From positions 657-64,656 of the forward strand of contig CAWCBB010000028.1 of the NCBI GenBank assembly GCA_963793695.1: a stretch of 64,000 nt of DNA. The letters run 5' to 3'. The notes under the pieces were generated by a model, which searched no databases, had not been told where the DNA came from, and saw only the letters and a list, made by a program, of their open reading frames with translations. A program made the translations under genes and the position numbers. Origin of the DNA: an uncultured Acidobacteriota bacterium. GTDB taxonomy: Bacteria > Acidobacteriota > Thermoanaerobaculia > Gp7-AA8. Below, in pieces: positions 42,501-51,688 of this stretch (the first letter of the stretch is position 1; each line of letters opens with the position of its first letter).

Positions 42501-42630
42501 AAATGCAAAATGCAAAATGACAAATCCAAAGGGGGAGCTCGGTTCTCTCCCTGAATCAGCGTCCCTGCCCCACGCACGGTTCTCTTTTTGGATTTTTCAT
42601 TTTGCATTTTGCATTTTGCATTTTTCTTCT
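42501..42630. repeat. Tandem-repeat-armed palindrome, AT-rich AAATGCA family
   Basis: AAATGCA AAATGCA AAATGAC AAATCCA at 42501-42528. The inverted ..CATTTTG x3.. lies at 42584-42630. It is preceded by a perfect 9-bp GC hairpin GCCGGCGGC TTC GCCGCCGGC (42480-42500). It lies between convergent genes. Confidence 0.9.
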
Positions 42631-42631
42631 G

Positions 42632-43555
42632 TCACCGCGTTCGCAGCCACTCCATCGTCACCCGCAGCCCCTCGGACAGCGGAACAGGCAACGGCAACCC
42701 CGCCGCCTTCCGCAGCTTCGATCCATCCAGCACCGACCGCATCTGCTCCCCCTTCTTCGCGGGTGCATGCGATGAGACGCCCTTCATCCCGGCTGCTTTC
42801 TGGATCCCTTCCCACAGCTGGACGACGGACGTCTCGATCCCCGTCCCGACGTTGAACACGCCCGACAGCTCCTGCTCGGAGACGGCCATATTCGCGCGGA
42901 CGACGTCGCCGACGAAGACGTAGTCGCGCGTCTGTTCGCCGCTCCCGTTGATGACGACCGGTTCGCCGGCGAGCAGCTTCCCGCCGAAGATCGCGATCAC
43001 GCCCGCCTCGCCGTCGCGCCGCTGGCGCGGGCCGTAGACGTTGCCGTAGCGGAGCGACGCCGTCTGGAGCCCGTAAACCTGCCGGTAATAGCCGAGGTAG
43101 GAGTCGAAGGCGAGCTTGGCGCAGCCGTAGGGGGAGATCGGGTTGGCGGGGTGCGACTCGTCCTGGGGCGTCGTGAGCGGCTCGCCGTACGCGGCGCCGC
43201 CGGAGGAGGCGAAAATGAACGTCTTCACGCCCGACTCGAGCGCCGCCTGCGCGAGGCGGAGCGCGCCCACGACGTTCGTCTCCGCGTCGAGCGCCGGATC
43301 CGCGACCGAGACGCGGACGTCGATCTGCGCCGCGTGGTGGTTGACGACGTCGAACTTCCCGCTCCTCACGCGATGGAGAACGCCCGGGTCGTTCAGATCG
43401 CCCTCGATGAGATCCGCCTTCGGATTGACGTTCTCGCGAACGCCGGTCGAGAGATTGTCGAGAACGGCAACCTCCCATCCTCCATCGATGTAGGCATCGG
43501 CGATGTGCGACGCGATGAACCCGGCGCCGCCGGTGACGAGGACGCGTTTTTCCAA
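42632..43555 (-). CDS. NAD-dependent epimerase/dehydratase (UDP-glucose 4-epimerase-like)
   Basis: VLVTGGAGFIASH and YGCAK (YxxxK). 307 aa with a TTG start and GAGGGA upstream. Confidence 0.85.
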   Translation of the reverse strand: MEKRVLVTGGAGFIASHIADAYIDGGWEVAVLDNLSTGVRENVNPKADLIEGDLNDPGVLHRVRSGKFDVVNHHAAQIDVRVSVADPALDAETNVVGALRLAQAALESGVKTFIFASSGGAAYGEPLTTPQDESHPANPISPYGCAKLAFDSYLGYYRQVYGLQTASLRYGNVYGPRQRRDGEAGVIAIFGGKLLAGEPVVINGSGEQTRDYVFVGDVVRANMAVSEQELSGVFNVGTGIETSVVQLWEGIQKAAGMKGVSSHAPAKKGEQMRSVLDGSKLRKAAGLPLPVPLSEGLRVTMEWLRTR

Positions 43556-43575
43556 GGTATCCCTCGATCTTGAAT

Positions 43576-43770
43576 TGCAGATTGCAGATCGCAGATCGCA
43601 GATTGCAGATTAGCTCTCTACCGCAGGCTGCGGATTATAGGATGTCATCCCGAGCGTAGCGAGGGATCTGGGCGGAGGACGCGCGTAACGCGGCTTCGTT
43701 CTCAGGCGGGATCCTCAACCCCACGCCCGATCAGCAATCCCCAATCCCCGATCCGCAATCCCCAATCCGG
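43576..43770. repeat. Tandem-repeat-armed palindrome, TGCAGAT-related, diverged right arm
   Basis: TGCAGAT/CGCAGAT x5 at 43576-43610. The box GATGTCATCCCGAGCGTAGCGAGGGATCTGG lies at 43641-43671. The right arm GATCAGC AATCCCC AATCCCC GATCCGC AATCCCC AATCCGG lies at 43729-43770. Confidence 0.8.
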
Positions 43771-44312
43771 CATATACCGATCGATAGATACCGCCTCGCC
43801 CCCTCCCCTGCCACAATCCCCCTGCGCCCTGAGCGGCGATTGCTGATCCCGCGTGGGGAACGATCTGACCGGAGCGTTCTCCCGCCTTCAGCAATCGTCG
43901 GTCCGGGCGACCGTGGAACCGATCCCCTCCCTCACCGACAATGGGTCCGGGAGCCCGGCCATTTTTCTCAGCAGCGATCCATCGAGCGCGTTCCGCGCGC
44001 GATCGTCACCGCGCGCGGGACTCCGCTCGACCGTGCCGCGCATCCCGAGCGCTTCCTGCACGATCTCCCACACGTCCGCGATCGAGGTCTCCACGCCGGT
44101 ACCGACGTTGAACGCCCCCGCGAGCCGCTGATCCGCGGCCGCCAGGTTCGCCCGTACGACGTCGCCAACGAAGATGAAGTCGCGAGTCTGCCCCCCATCC
44201 CCCGCAATCTTCGCCGCCTCCCCTCGACGCAGTGCATCCGCAAAGCGAGCAATCACCGAGCGATCCCTCGACCTCTCATTCAAAAGAGGAGCGACATCGC
44301 CGCGCGTCAGTA

Positions 44313-44371
44313 CCCTCTCCCCGCTGACGGCGGGGAGAGGGTGGCCGAGCGAAGCGAGGCCGGGTGAGGGG
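44313..44371. repeat. Hairpin box CCCTCTCCCCGC TGAC GGCGGGGAGAGGG + GAGCGAAGCGAGGCCGGGTGAGGGG inside the epimerase paralog
   Basis: Related to the box at 23015-23067. It is read through as ..PLPAVSGERV.. Confidence 0.7.
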
Positions 44372-44794
44372 TACGCGCGATCCGAGCTCGAGTTCGGGTC
44401 GGGCGGCGGGAGGAGACCCTCGTAGAGATTGGCGTACCGAAGAATCGTGAGCCCCACACCCCGCGAAGTGCACACCGCAGAAACCGCCCGCTCCACCGCC
44501 AGCTTCGACCGCCCGTTCGCCGTATTCGGCCGCAGCGCATGCGTCTCCGAAATCGGCAGCATCTCCGCGTCCCCATACACGAAGCCGCTGGAAGCCAGCA
44601 CGACGTGCGAAGCCCCGCCGTCGATCGCCGCCTCGACGAGTCGCGCGGATCCGAGAACGTTGACGCGCCGGTCCTCCTCCTCGCCGGCATTCAAGGCCGC
44701 CAGGTCATACGCGAGATGGTGCACGACGTCGGCGCCCGCCTCGCGGACGGCACCCTCGAGCACCGGATCCCCGAGCGATCCTTCGATGGCGGCG

Positions 44795-44827
44795 TTCGGG
44801 ACCGCCTGCGGCGGTCCGTTTCCCGCC
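44795..44827 (+). repeat. REP inside the epimerase paralog, at its frame switch
   Basis: TTCGGGACCGCC TGC GGCGGTCCGTTTCCCGCC. Confidence 0.8.
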
Positions 44828-45105
44828 TTTCGGAAACCGCCGAACCGCCGCCACGACCTCGTCTCCCCTCTCCAGATACGCCCGAACGAGGCGCGCCCCC
44901 AGAAACCCGGTCGCGCCGGTGATCAGCACCCTCATGCGATTCATTGTAGATCGCGCCCTCGCCGGCGCCCCGTCCCAGCCGGGCTCCCGTTCACACGCTT
45001 TCCGTCACCTCGACCTTTGACTTATGCGGTTCGATATATCGACGCCTCGCACGAAAAGGGGCGATCCTCGTTCCACCCGGGAATCGACCTGGACGGGGGC
45101 TGGCC

Positions 45106-45483
45106 ATGGCCATTCTGCATCCGACGCGAATCATCACGAATGAGAAGCCGTGGGGCACGGAGCTCGTTCTCGCGCAGAACGACAGTTACGTCGGGAAGCT
45201 GCTCCATCTCAGGCGCGGTGAGTCGGTCAGCCGGCACTATCACACCGAGAGGAGGGAAACGCTCTATCTCCTCTCCGGGACCGTGCTCCTCACTCTCCGC
45301 ACCCCGAGAGAGATGCAGGTCACGACCATGGCGCGCTCGGAGGCGTACCACATCCCGCCGGGCCTCACGCACTGGCTCGAGGCGGTCGAGACTTCCGAGA
45401 TCCTCGAGATCACCTCGGCCGCGCCCGAACCGATCCCGCGCCTCGACGCCTCCTACGCCCGCTCCGAATCGTCGGCGCCCTGA
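45106..45483 (+). CDS. Cupin domain protein (mannose-6-phosphate isomerase type II C-terminal-like)
   Basis: 125 aa with EKPWGTE...GESVSRHYHTERRETLYLLSG...YHIPPGLTHWLE. Confidence 0.7.
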   Translation: MAILHPTRIITNEKPWGTELVLAQNDSYVGKLLHLRRGESVSRHYHTERRETLYLLSGTVLLTLRTPREMQVTTMARSEAYHIPPGLTHWLEAVETSEILEITSAAPEPIPRLDASYARSESSAP

Positions 45484-45553
45484 CCGGCGGGGTGGCGGCT
45501 CTGGACTGCGGGCAGCGGCCGTTCCCCGGCGCCGCCGGCACGATCCAAATTGG

Positions 45554-45585
45554 CCCCGTAGGGCCGCACAGCGTGCGGCCGTTTC
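45554..45585 (+). repeat. GTAG-type REP
   Basis: CCCCGTAGGGCCGCAC AGC GTGCGGCCGTTTC. Confidence 0.8.
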
Positions 45586-45884
45586 TGATGCAGTCGAGCG
45601 GAGCTCTCGTGTCGCTTGACGAAATCCATTCGTGGGCGCGCGGGCGCGGCTAAACGCCTGCTTCGCAAATCTCGCGTCAGTATGAGCCTGCCCGAAAAAG
45701 TGCAGCAGGTCGTCGAGTTGCAGAAGATTGCAGTGACCACGATTCGGCGACGCAGGCCCTTACGCGACATTGAGCGCGTTTGGCCGCTCCGTCACCCATG
45801 ATCCGTCCAGGCAGGCGGTGCGATCTTCAACCGACTCTGGCGCTTGACCGCGGATGATCGCGGCGAACACCTCACGCCGCCGCG

Positions 45885-45945
45885 GTGACCGGCCCGCTTG
45901 AGCCGACGAACGAGGCGTACGCGGTCGCGAAGGATCGCGGGGCTC
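45885..45945 (+). pseudogene. Short remnant resembling GDP-L-fucose synthase
   Basis: TGPLEPTNEAYAVAK matches the conserved L-TGPLEPTNEPYAIAKIAG block of fcl/WcaG. No further similarity is visible on either side. Confidence 0.25.
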
Positions 45946-45952
45946 AATACAG

Positions 45953-45985
45953 CGCCGTAGCGGCGCACAGCGTGCGCCGTTCCCC
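45953..45985 (+). repeat. GTAG-type REP
   Basis: CGCCGTAGCGGCGCAC AGC GTGCGCCGTTCCCC. Confidence 0.8.
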
Positions 45986-46067
45986 GGTCGGGTGGGGGCT
46001 TTGGACTGCGGCAGCGGCAGCGGCCGCTTTCGAATTCAGGCTACCCCGTACCCGCTATACTCGGGCG

Positions 46068-46343
46068 ATGATCTCCCCTGCTCTCCCTGGAGCGGACATG
46101 ATTCGGCAGGGCCTCGATGACCTCGGCCGCGGAGCCGAGACCGTTCCGGCGCTGCTCGTCCGGATCGGAGCGCCTCGGCTGCGCGGGATCGGCATCGACG
46201 TTCCACACGTCGACGGCGACGACGCCGAAATCAGGCTCTACGAGCTTCTGGCCAGCTCGGATCCGGACGCCGCGCACTCCCGGTACAACGCACTCATCAG
46301 GCTCCTCGTGAGCTTCGAGCGGGCGGCCGAATGCGCGAGTTGA
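46068..46343 (+). CDS. Small protein, putative partner of the downstream nucleotidyltransferase
   Basis: 91 aa, overlapping the next gene by 13 nt. I recognise no domain. Confidence 0.4.
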   Translation: MISPALPGADMIRQGLDDLGRGAETVPALLVRIGAPRLRGIGIDVPHVDGDDAEIRLYELLASSDPDAAHSRYNALIRLLVSFERAAECAS

Positions 46344-46870
46344 CGGACGCCGAACGTCTGGGGCATCTCATGCGCGCGCTCGGAGCTGAGGCGCGAATCG
46401 AAACACGCGCGTACCTGACCGGCGGCTCGAGCGCGGTTCTGATCGGATGGCGTGGAACCACCGTCGATGTAGACCTGAAATTCGAGCCGGACGACGACCG
46501 CGTGCTGCGCGCAATTCCTGAGTTGAAGGAGCGACTGAAGATCAACATCGAACTCGCCTCCCCCGGCGATTTCATCCCGGAGCTCCCGGGCTGGCGCGAG
46601 CGAAGCGTCTTCATTGTCAGAGAGGGGACAATCGACTTCCTCCATTACGACTTCTATGCGCAGGCGCTCTCGAAGATCGAGCGCAGCCACGCCCGCGATC
46701 TCGGCGACGTCCGGGAGATGATCGCTCGCAAACTCGTCAATCCGGAAAAGCTCCTCGAGCTGTATGCGCTCATCGAACCTGGCTTGTACCGCTATCCCGC
46801 ACTCGACCCGGATTCTTTCCGCTCGCGGGTCGAAGCCGTCGCGCGAGGCGAGCTCGCGATCGAGCCATAG
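46331..46870 (+). CDS. Minimal nucleotidyltransferase-fold protein (DUF6036/AbiEii-like)
   Basis: 179 aa with YLTGGSSAVLIGWRGTTVDVDL (the G[GS]-x9-13-DxD NTase signature). Confidence 0.6.
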   Translation: MRELTDAERLGHLMRALGAEARIETRAYLTGGSSAVLIGWRGTTVDVDLKFEPDDDRVLRAIPELKERLKINIELASPGDFIPELPGWRERSVFIVREGTIDFLHYDFYAQALSKIERSHARDLGDVREMIARKLVNPEKLLELYALIEPGLYRYPALDPDSFRSRVEAVARGELAIEP

Positions 46871-46894
46871 CGGCCGCGGGCGCCGTCTCGTCGC

Positions 46895-46926
46895 GTAGGG
46901 ACCGGCTGCGCCGGTCCGTCTTCGCC
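46895..46926 (+). repeat. GTAG-type REP after the nucleotidyltransferase gene
   Basis: GTAGGGACCGGC TGC GCCGGTCCGTCTTCGCC, 25 nt after the TAG stop. Confidence 0.8.
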
Positions 46927-46985
46927 TGCGGCTGGGCACGAGATCCTCGGCTTCGAACCGCGCGTCGCCGAAGCCCTGATCCGTT

Positions 46986-48653
46986 CTATCGCACCACCGC
47001 GGAGAAGCTGGGCGTTTCCCCATCGATTGCGCGAAGCGCAAAGATCGACCGACCGCGACGATTCCCAATTGGAATTCGAAGCTGGCCAGAGGTCGTGACG
47101 AAAATCGTCTCGTATCGGATGCCATCCCAGAGGAGCTCGAGCAAAGCCGGTTCCGTCACATGCAGATCCGCGACGAGGAGCCGATCGTTTTCCCGGAGGC
47201 AGAGTGGAAGCGATCCGCGGCTCGTCGATTGCGACCCGGATTGCTCTCGAGCGCGATCGATCATCGTTTCCACGGCGTGCAGCTCCGCTTCCGCGGCCAG
47301 CCCGCGGCGCACGAGAAGCACATCGCAAGCGTCGCGAGCAGCCGGCGGAATCTGCTTCAATGCGAACGCGGCGCGCTCACGATCTCCGCGACGCAGCCAC
47401 TCGCGCGCGACGGCGCCCCAGAAGGGTGTCCACTCCAGGGTGCCGGCTGATCCTGACCGAAGCGCGAAGCGTTGAGCTTCTTCGATCATGCCGCTCGCGG
47501 ACATCGCGATTGCTCGAATCGGCTCGGGCATCCCTTCGAGCGGAATGGCGGCCCGCCAGATCGCCTTGCCGGTTGCTCCCCCAATTTCGAGATCGTTCGT
47601 GAGCAGGGCCGCCACCATGCTGGTTCTCGGGTCGCGTCGCCACATCCCCGGATCGCCTAGAGGCCAGATCTGCAGGAGCCGCACGAGCTGGGCCGATCCC
47701 TTCTCGCCGAAATCGGTAGGCGAATGTGCCGACGCCCACGACTTTACGAGACGCGCGAGTCGGGTGCGGTCGCCGAGAGTCGCAACTCGCTCCGCCTCGC
47801 GCAGCTCACTCCCGCGAGCGCTCCACTCAGCTTTCTCGAACCGTTTCCAGACAGCAGCGGCGCGCCGCACGTCGTCGCCCGCAGCGAGGTGGTCGAATGC
47901 GCGCTGCAGAGGGCGCGGCTCCTCGGGAACGATTCGTAGCGCTTGATCGATGCCTAGCAGAGCGACAGTCGCAGGGAAAGCCGCTTGCAGGAACGCGGGA
48001 TCACGAAAAGAGCGCTCGATCGTTCTCTTTTCGGGCTCGCCGAGGCCAACCCTGCCCGCGATGGCGAGCTCGATCTCCGTCGCGGCGCGGAAAATCGACA
48101 CGACATCCGAACCGGGGGCTCCTCCCGCGGCAAAGGAGAGGGGATGTCTCCACCGATCCGGTTCCAATTCTCCCTGCTGCCTCGCCTGCAGCGAGTACTC
48201 GACCTGACCGAGCGAGGCGAGATGCATGGCCCAGCCGGGGCGGGATCGGAGCGAGTCCAGCAGAACTTCCCGGCTGGCTTCCAGCTCTGAATCGATTCTC
48301 GGAAGAAGCTCCATCCACGCCTGACGAGCTTCAGGAGAGGCTTCCCCGAGATCGACCTCGCCGTAGACATCATCGAGAACGGCGTCGGCGGCGATTCCGC
48401 CGAGCCAATCGCCTCGAGGCGCGAGGTCGACGGTGCCCACTACCAGAGGCCTCCTCGTGTCATGCGCATACTCAACGAAGAATTGACGAGCTCTCTCCCG
48501 CTGAGCACGATCCTGCTGGAACGTCCAGACCGCGATTGCCGCGCCGAGCAGGGATATCGAAACGGTTGCGACGGCGAGAGCGCGGGAGCGAAACGGTCGG
48601 GACTCGTTCATGCGGCGGTTGTCTTCCTCGGGGTTGACTACGTCGGTTGGCAT
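46986..48653 (-). CDS. Membrane-anchored hypothetical protein, last gene of the export operon
   Basis: One N-terminal TM segment (ALAVATVSISLLGAAIAVW) followed by ~500 aa with no motif I recognise. The ATG at 48653 lies 1 nt after the upstream stop. Confidence 0.5.
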   Translation of the reverse strand: MPTDVVNPEEDNRRMNESRPFRSRALAVATVSISLLGAAIAVWTFQQDRAQRERARQFFVEYAHDTRRPLVVGTVDLAPRGDWLGGIAADAVLDDVYGEVDLGEASPEARQAWMELLPRIDSELEASREVLLDSLRSRPGWAMHLASLGQVEYSLQARQQGELEPDRWRHPLSFAAGGAPGSDVVSIFRAATEIELAIAGRVGLGEPEKRTIERSFRDPAFLQAAFPATVALLGIDQALRIVPEEPRPLQRAFDHLAAGDDVRRAAAVWKRFEKAEWSARGSELREAERVATLGDRTRLARLVKSWASAHSPTDFGEKGSAQLVRLLQIWPLGDPGMWRRDPRTSMVAALLTNDLEIGGATGKAIWRAAIPLEGMPEPIRAIAMSASGMIEEAQRFALRSGSAGTLEWTPFWGAVAREWLRRGDRERAAFALKQIPPAARDACDVLLVRRGLAAEAELHAVETMIDRAREQSGSQSTSRGSLPLCLRENDRLLVADLHVTEPALLELLWDGIRYETIFVTTSGQLRIPIGNRRGRSIFALRAIDGETPSFSAVVR

Positions 48654-48654
48654 T

Positions 48655-49395
48655 TCATGCCGGCGGTCCTTCGAACCCGCCGTGCTCGTCACCGACGATC
48701 TGTCGCGGATTATCGATGAAGAGAGCGCGCTCAGCCTCGTCTCCCCAGTTGGCCCGAACCCACTCCCTCGCCCTCTTCATGCGCGGCGGTCGCTGGTCCT
48801 CTGAATGAGCGTCCGACGCGACGACGTGAATCAAACCCATTTCATTGAAAGCCAGCGCAGTCTCGAAGGCGCCGCGTCCGAACTCGCCGATCAGGCTTCC
48901 CGCCGTCACTTGCGTTCTCGCACCGATCCTGACCAGTGATGCGAGGCGCTGCGGGTTGGCGGCGAGCTCGAGATTCCGTTCGGGGTGTGCCACCACCACA
49001 GTGATCCCGATCAGGGCCAACTCGTGGAACACGAGTTCGGCCTCGCGCGGAACGGAAAGTGCCGGAAACTCGATCAGGATGTGGCTTCCCCGGTTCAGCG
49101 TCGTCAGCGGGCCATGCTCTCCTGCTTCGAGGAGCTCGGGGAGATCGGGAGTGAAGTAGACCTCGCATCCAGGCAGGATCGCGGGGGTCCCTCCGAGCAG
49201 ATCGTTCAGCCGGAGAATCGAAGCGTCACGGACGGCGCAGTCGGCGTTGATCCAGGGATCTCGGAGGACGTGCGGCGTCGCGACGATGGTTTCGGTCCCT
49301 TCGTCCGCGGCCGCTCGGCAGAGATCCACCGCTTCGGTCCACGATCGAGGGCCGTCATCCAGAAAGGGAAGACAATGAAAATGCACATCCGTCAT
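48655..49395 (-). CDS. CpsB/Wzh-type PHP-domain protein-tyrosine phosphatase
   Basis: MTDVHFHCLPFLDDGP, ATPH, AHPER and ASDAHS. Confidence 0.8.
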   Translation of the reverse strand: MTDVHFHCLPFLDDGPRSWTEAVDLCRAAADEGTETIVATPHVLRDPWINADCAVRDASILRLNDLLGGTPAILPGCEVYFTPDLPELLEAGEHGPLTTLNRGSHILIEFPALSVPREAELVFHELALIGITVVVAHPERNLELAANPQRLASLVRIGARTQVTAGSLIGEFGRGAFETALAFNEMGLIHVVASDAHSEDQRPPRMKRAREWVRANWGDEAERALFIDNPRQIVGDEHGGFEGPPA

Positions 49396-49455
49396 GAATT
49401 CGAATCAGGCCGAGGAAACCGACGCTGGGGCTCACTAGAACACGCTGCAGGCAGG

Positions 49456-51676
49456 TCAGCCATTCGCGGTTTTCGCCGGCGCCGAGGAACTTTCGCCATA
49501 GGAGCCCCCGCCATAGTAGCCGTAGTACTTTCCGTAGACGCTTTCAGCCTCCGGTAGATTATTGATGAGCACTCCCAGGACGCGGACACCGGCGCGGACG
49601 AGGTTGTTCCGGGCCTGGCCGACGAGGTCGCGGGGTGTCGCTGCTCCTTTAACGGTCAGAACGACTCCGTCCGACAGGCGCCCGAGAATGAGAGCATCGG
49701 CGATCGGCCCTACGGGAGGGGTATCGAAAATCACGTAGTCGAACGACGCAGCCGCCCACTCGACGAGCCGCGCCATGGCCTGCGAGGACAAAAGTCCGGA
49801 AGGATTCGGCGATAGAGGGCCCGCTGGAAGCACAAAGAGATTCGGGATCGGAGTCGGCTTGACGATCGTCGCGGGATCGGTTCCTTCCGCGAGAACGGTC
49901 ACCAGACCCTGGCGATTCGAGACGCGAAAGACCTCGTGCATCCTCGGATTGTGGAGATCGGCGTCGATCACGAGCACATTCTTTCCGAGCTGACTGAGCA
50001 CGATCCCCGCATTCGCCGCTGTGGACGTTTTCCCTTCCTGGGGCTGAGAGGAAGTCACGGTGATCGACTTGACTCCTCCGGCGCGCGACAGGAGGAGCGC
50101 GGCCCGGAAGCGCCTGTACGCTTCGGCGACGGTCGAGTGGGGTTGGGTGTGCGGGATGAGCTCCACAGCCGTTTCGGCGCCGGACATGGCTGCTTTCTTC
50201 CGTAAATACCCGTAACCGTAAGTCAGGCGGGCCGCGGTCCCCACCGACGGAATGATGCCGAGAGCCGGCAGTCCGAGGAGATCTTCCACCTGGTCCGTCG
50301 ATCGGATGCTTCGATCGAGATATTCGAGGAGGAAGGCAAGCCCGAGCCCGGCCGCGAGCCCGAAGAACAGGGCCAGCAGAGCGTTTCGCCTGTACGAAGG
50401 GCGAAAGCGTGACGAGGGCGGCAGGGCGCGATCGACCACCCGAATGTTCGAAACGCGCTCACCACGAAGCCGGGACGATACTTCCGTTTCCGCCTGCCGC
50501 TTGGCGAGACTGTCGAGAAGAGCGCGCCGCGTCTCCACCTCCGTCTTCAGGTTGTTGTACTCGACGGCGTTCGTATTGAGCGCCATCGCCTCCCGCTTTC
50601 CACCCTGAAGAACTCCCGCGAGACTCTCCTCCCGCCGCCGAGCCGCCATGTATTCGGTACGGGCATTATCGCGGGCCTTCGAGACAGTCTCGTTGATCAC
50701 TTCGGTGAGGTTCTGCCGCCCCTTATCGATCTGTGCTTTCAGCTGCTGCATCGCCGGCCATTCCGGCTTGTAAAGGTTCAGCTTTTCCGCGTAGTCCCGC
50801 TCGAGTCTGGCAAGGTCCGTCCGAAGCTGCGAGACGAGGCCGGTCGACAGCGTGTCGGCAATCGACTCGGGCCGGGCATTCTGCAGCTCGAAGTAACGAG
50901 CTTCCTTTGAGACCCTGTCCGCCACGGAAGCGGAGTAGTCGCGATTGAGCGACTCGAGTCTCTGCATCGTGATGTTCGTCTGCGGATCGACCGACACGAT
51001 GTCGTCTGCGCGCCGTACACCTGCAGCGCCCGCTCTTTCTCGTCGACCTCCGCCTTGAGTTGCTCGATCTGTGTTCCGAGAAACGCGAGGCCTGGCCGAC
51101 GACGGCGAATTTCGCCTCCAGATTCCAATCGATGTATGCGTCCGCGAGCGCGTTCGCCACATCCGAGGCGAATTGCGCCGACGTCGCCACGTACGACAGC
51201 TCGACCAGGTTCGTACCGCGAATCGGACGTGTCTCGATCCCCGACTGAATGCCGCGCGCTACGTCGACGGCTGCGGGCTGTTTGACTTCCTTCGGATCTC
51301 TTCGCAGTAGAGACGACAGGAAGCCGGTGGACGGTGGCGCCGAGTCGGTCAGGTTCAACAGCCTGACTACTCTCTCGGCGACCTCGCGGCTCTGCATCAG
51401 CCGGGTCTGCGTCGGCAGGAACTCCGGATCGTAGCCGTACGATTGTCCAGCCGTGCCGATGTCGAACGCGCTCGCCTTTTCCCTTTCCACATTCAACAGA
51501 ACGGTCGCTTTGTACGTCGGCGTCGTGAGCAGGGAAGCGACAAGTGCCAGGAGCAGAGCCGTGCCCACGGCGAGGGCAATCAGGCGCCTGCGTTTCACGA
51601 CGATCCGCCAGTACTGCTGGAGGTCGATCGCTTCGGTGTCATTTCCGAATGGCTCGTTGTCCGCGTCCACGATCAT
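49456..51676 (-). CDS. Polysaccharide co-polymerase / tyrosine autokinase (Wzc/GumC-EpsG type), two frame disruptions
   Basis: The N-terminal Wzz part (IDLQQYWRIVVKRRRLI...) lies in ORF 50723..51676. The middle part (LGTQIEQLKAEVDEKERALQVYGA) lies in ORF 50778..51128. The remainder lies in ORF 49456..51162, with Walker A SSQPQEGKTSTAANAG, VLVIDADL, DYVIFDTPP and the Tyr cluster YGKYYGYYGGGSYG. The switches are near ~51078 and ~51008. Confidence 0.8.
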
Positions 51677-51688
51677 GGGCTTCTCCGC

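Larger units (their letters stand above)
43888..44944 (-). pseudogene. Second NAD-dependent epimerase/dehydratase paralog, interrupted by repeat insertions
   Basis: The N-terminus MRVLITGATGFLGARLV (ORF 44705..44944) runs into the REP at 44795-44827, after which the protein-like frame changes (AVPNAAIEGSLGDPVLEGAVREAG..., ORF 43888..44763). A second insertion (44313-44371 and flanks) replaces the short loop seen in the intact paralog between LRYxNxY and GxGxQTRDF. Confidence 0.6.

Noticed and set aside
45616-45801. A 61-aa plus-strand ORF (..SLPEKVQQVVELQKIAV..) and the overlapping minus-strand ORF 45453..45770, in the remnant region.
   Set aside because: There is no recognisable motif or convincing start context, and the ORFs lie between REP copies in a segment that looks degraded.
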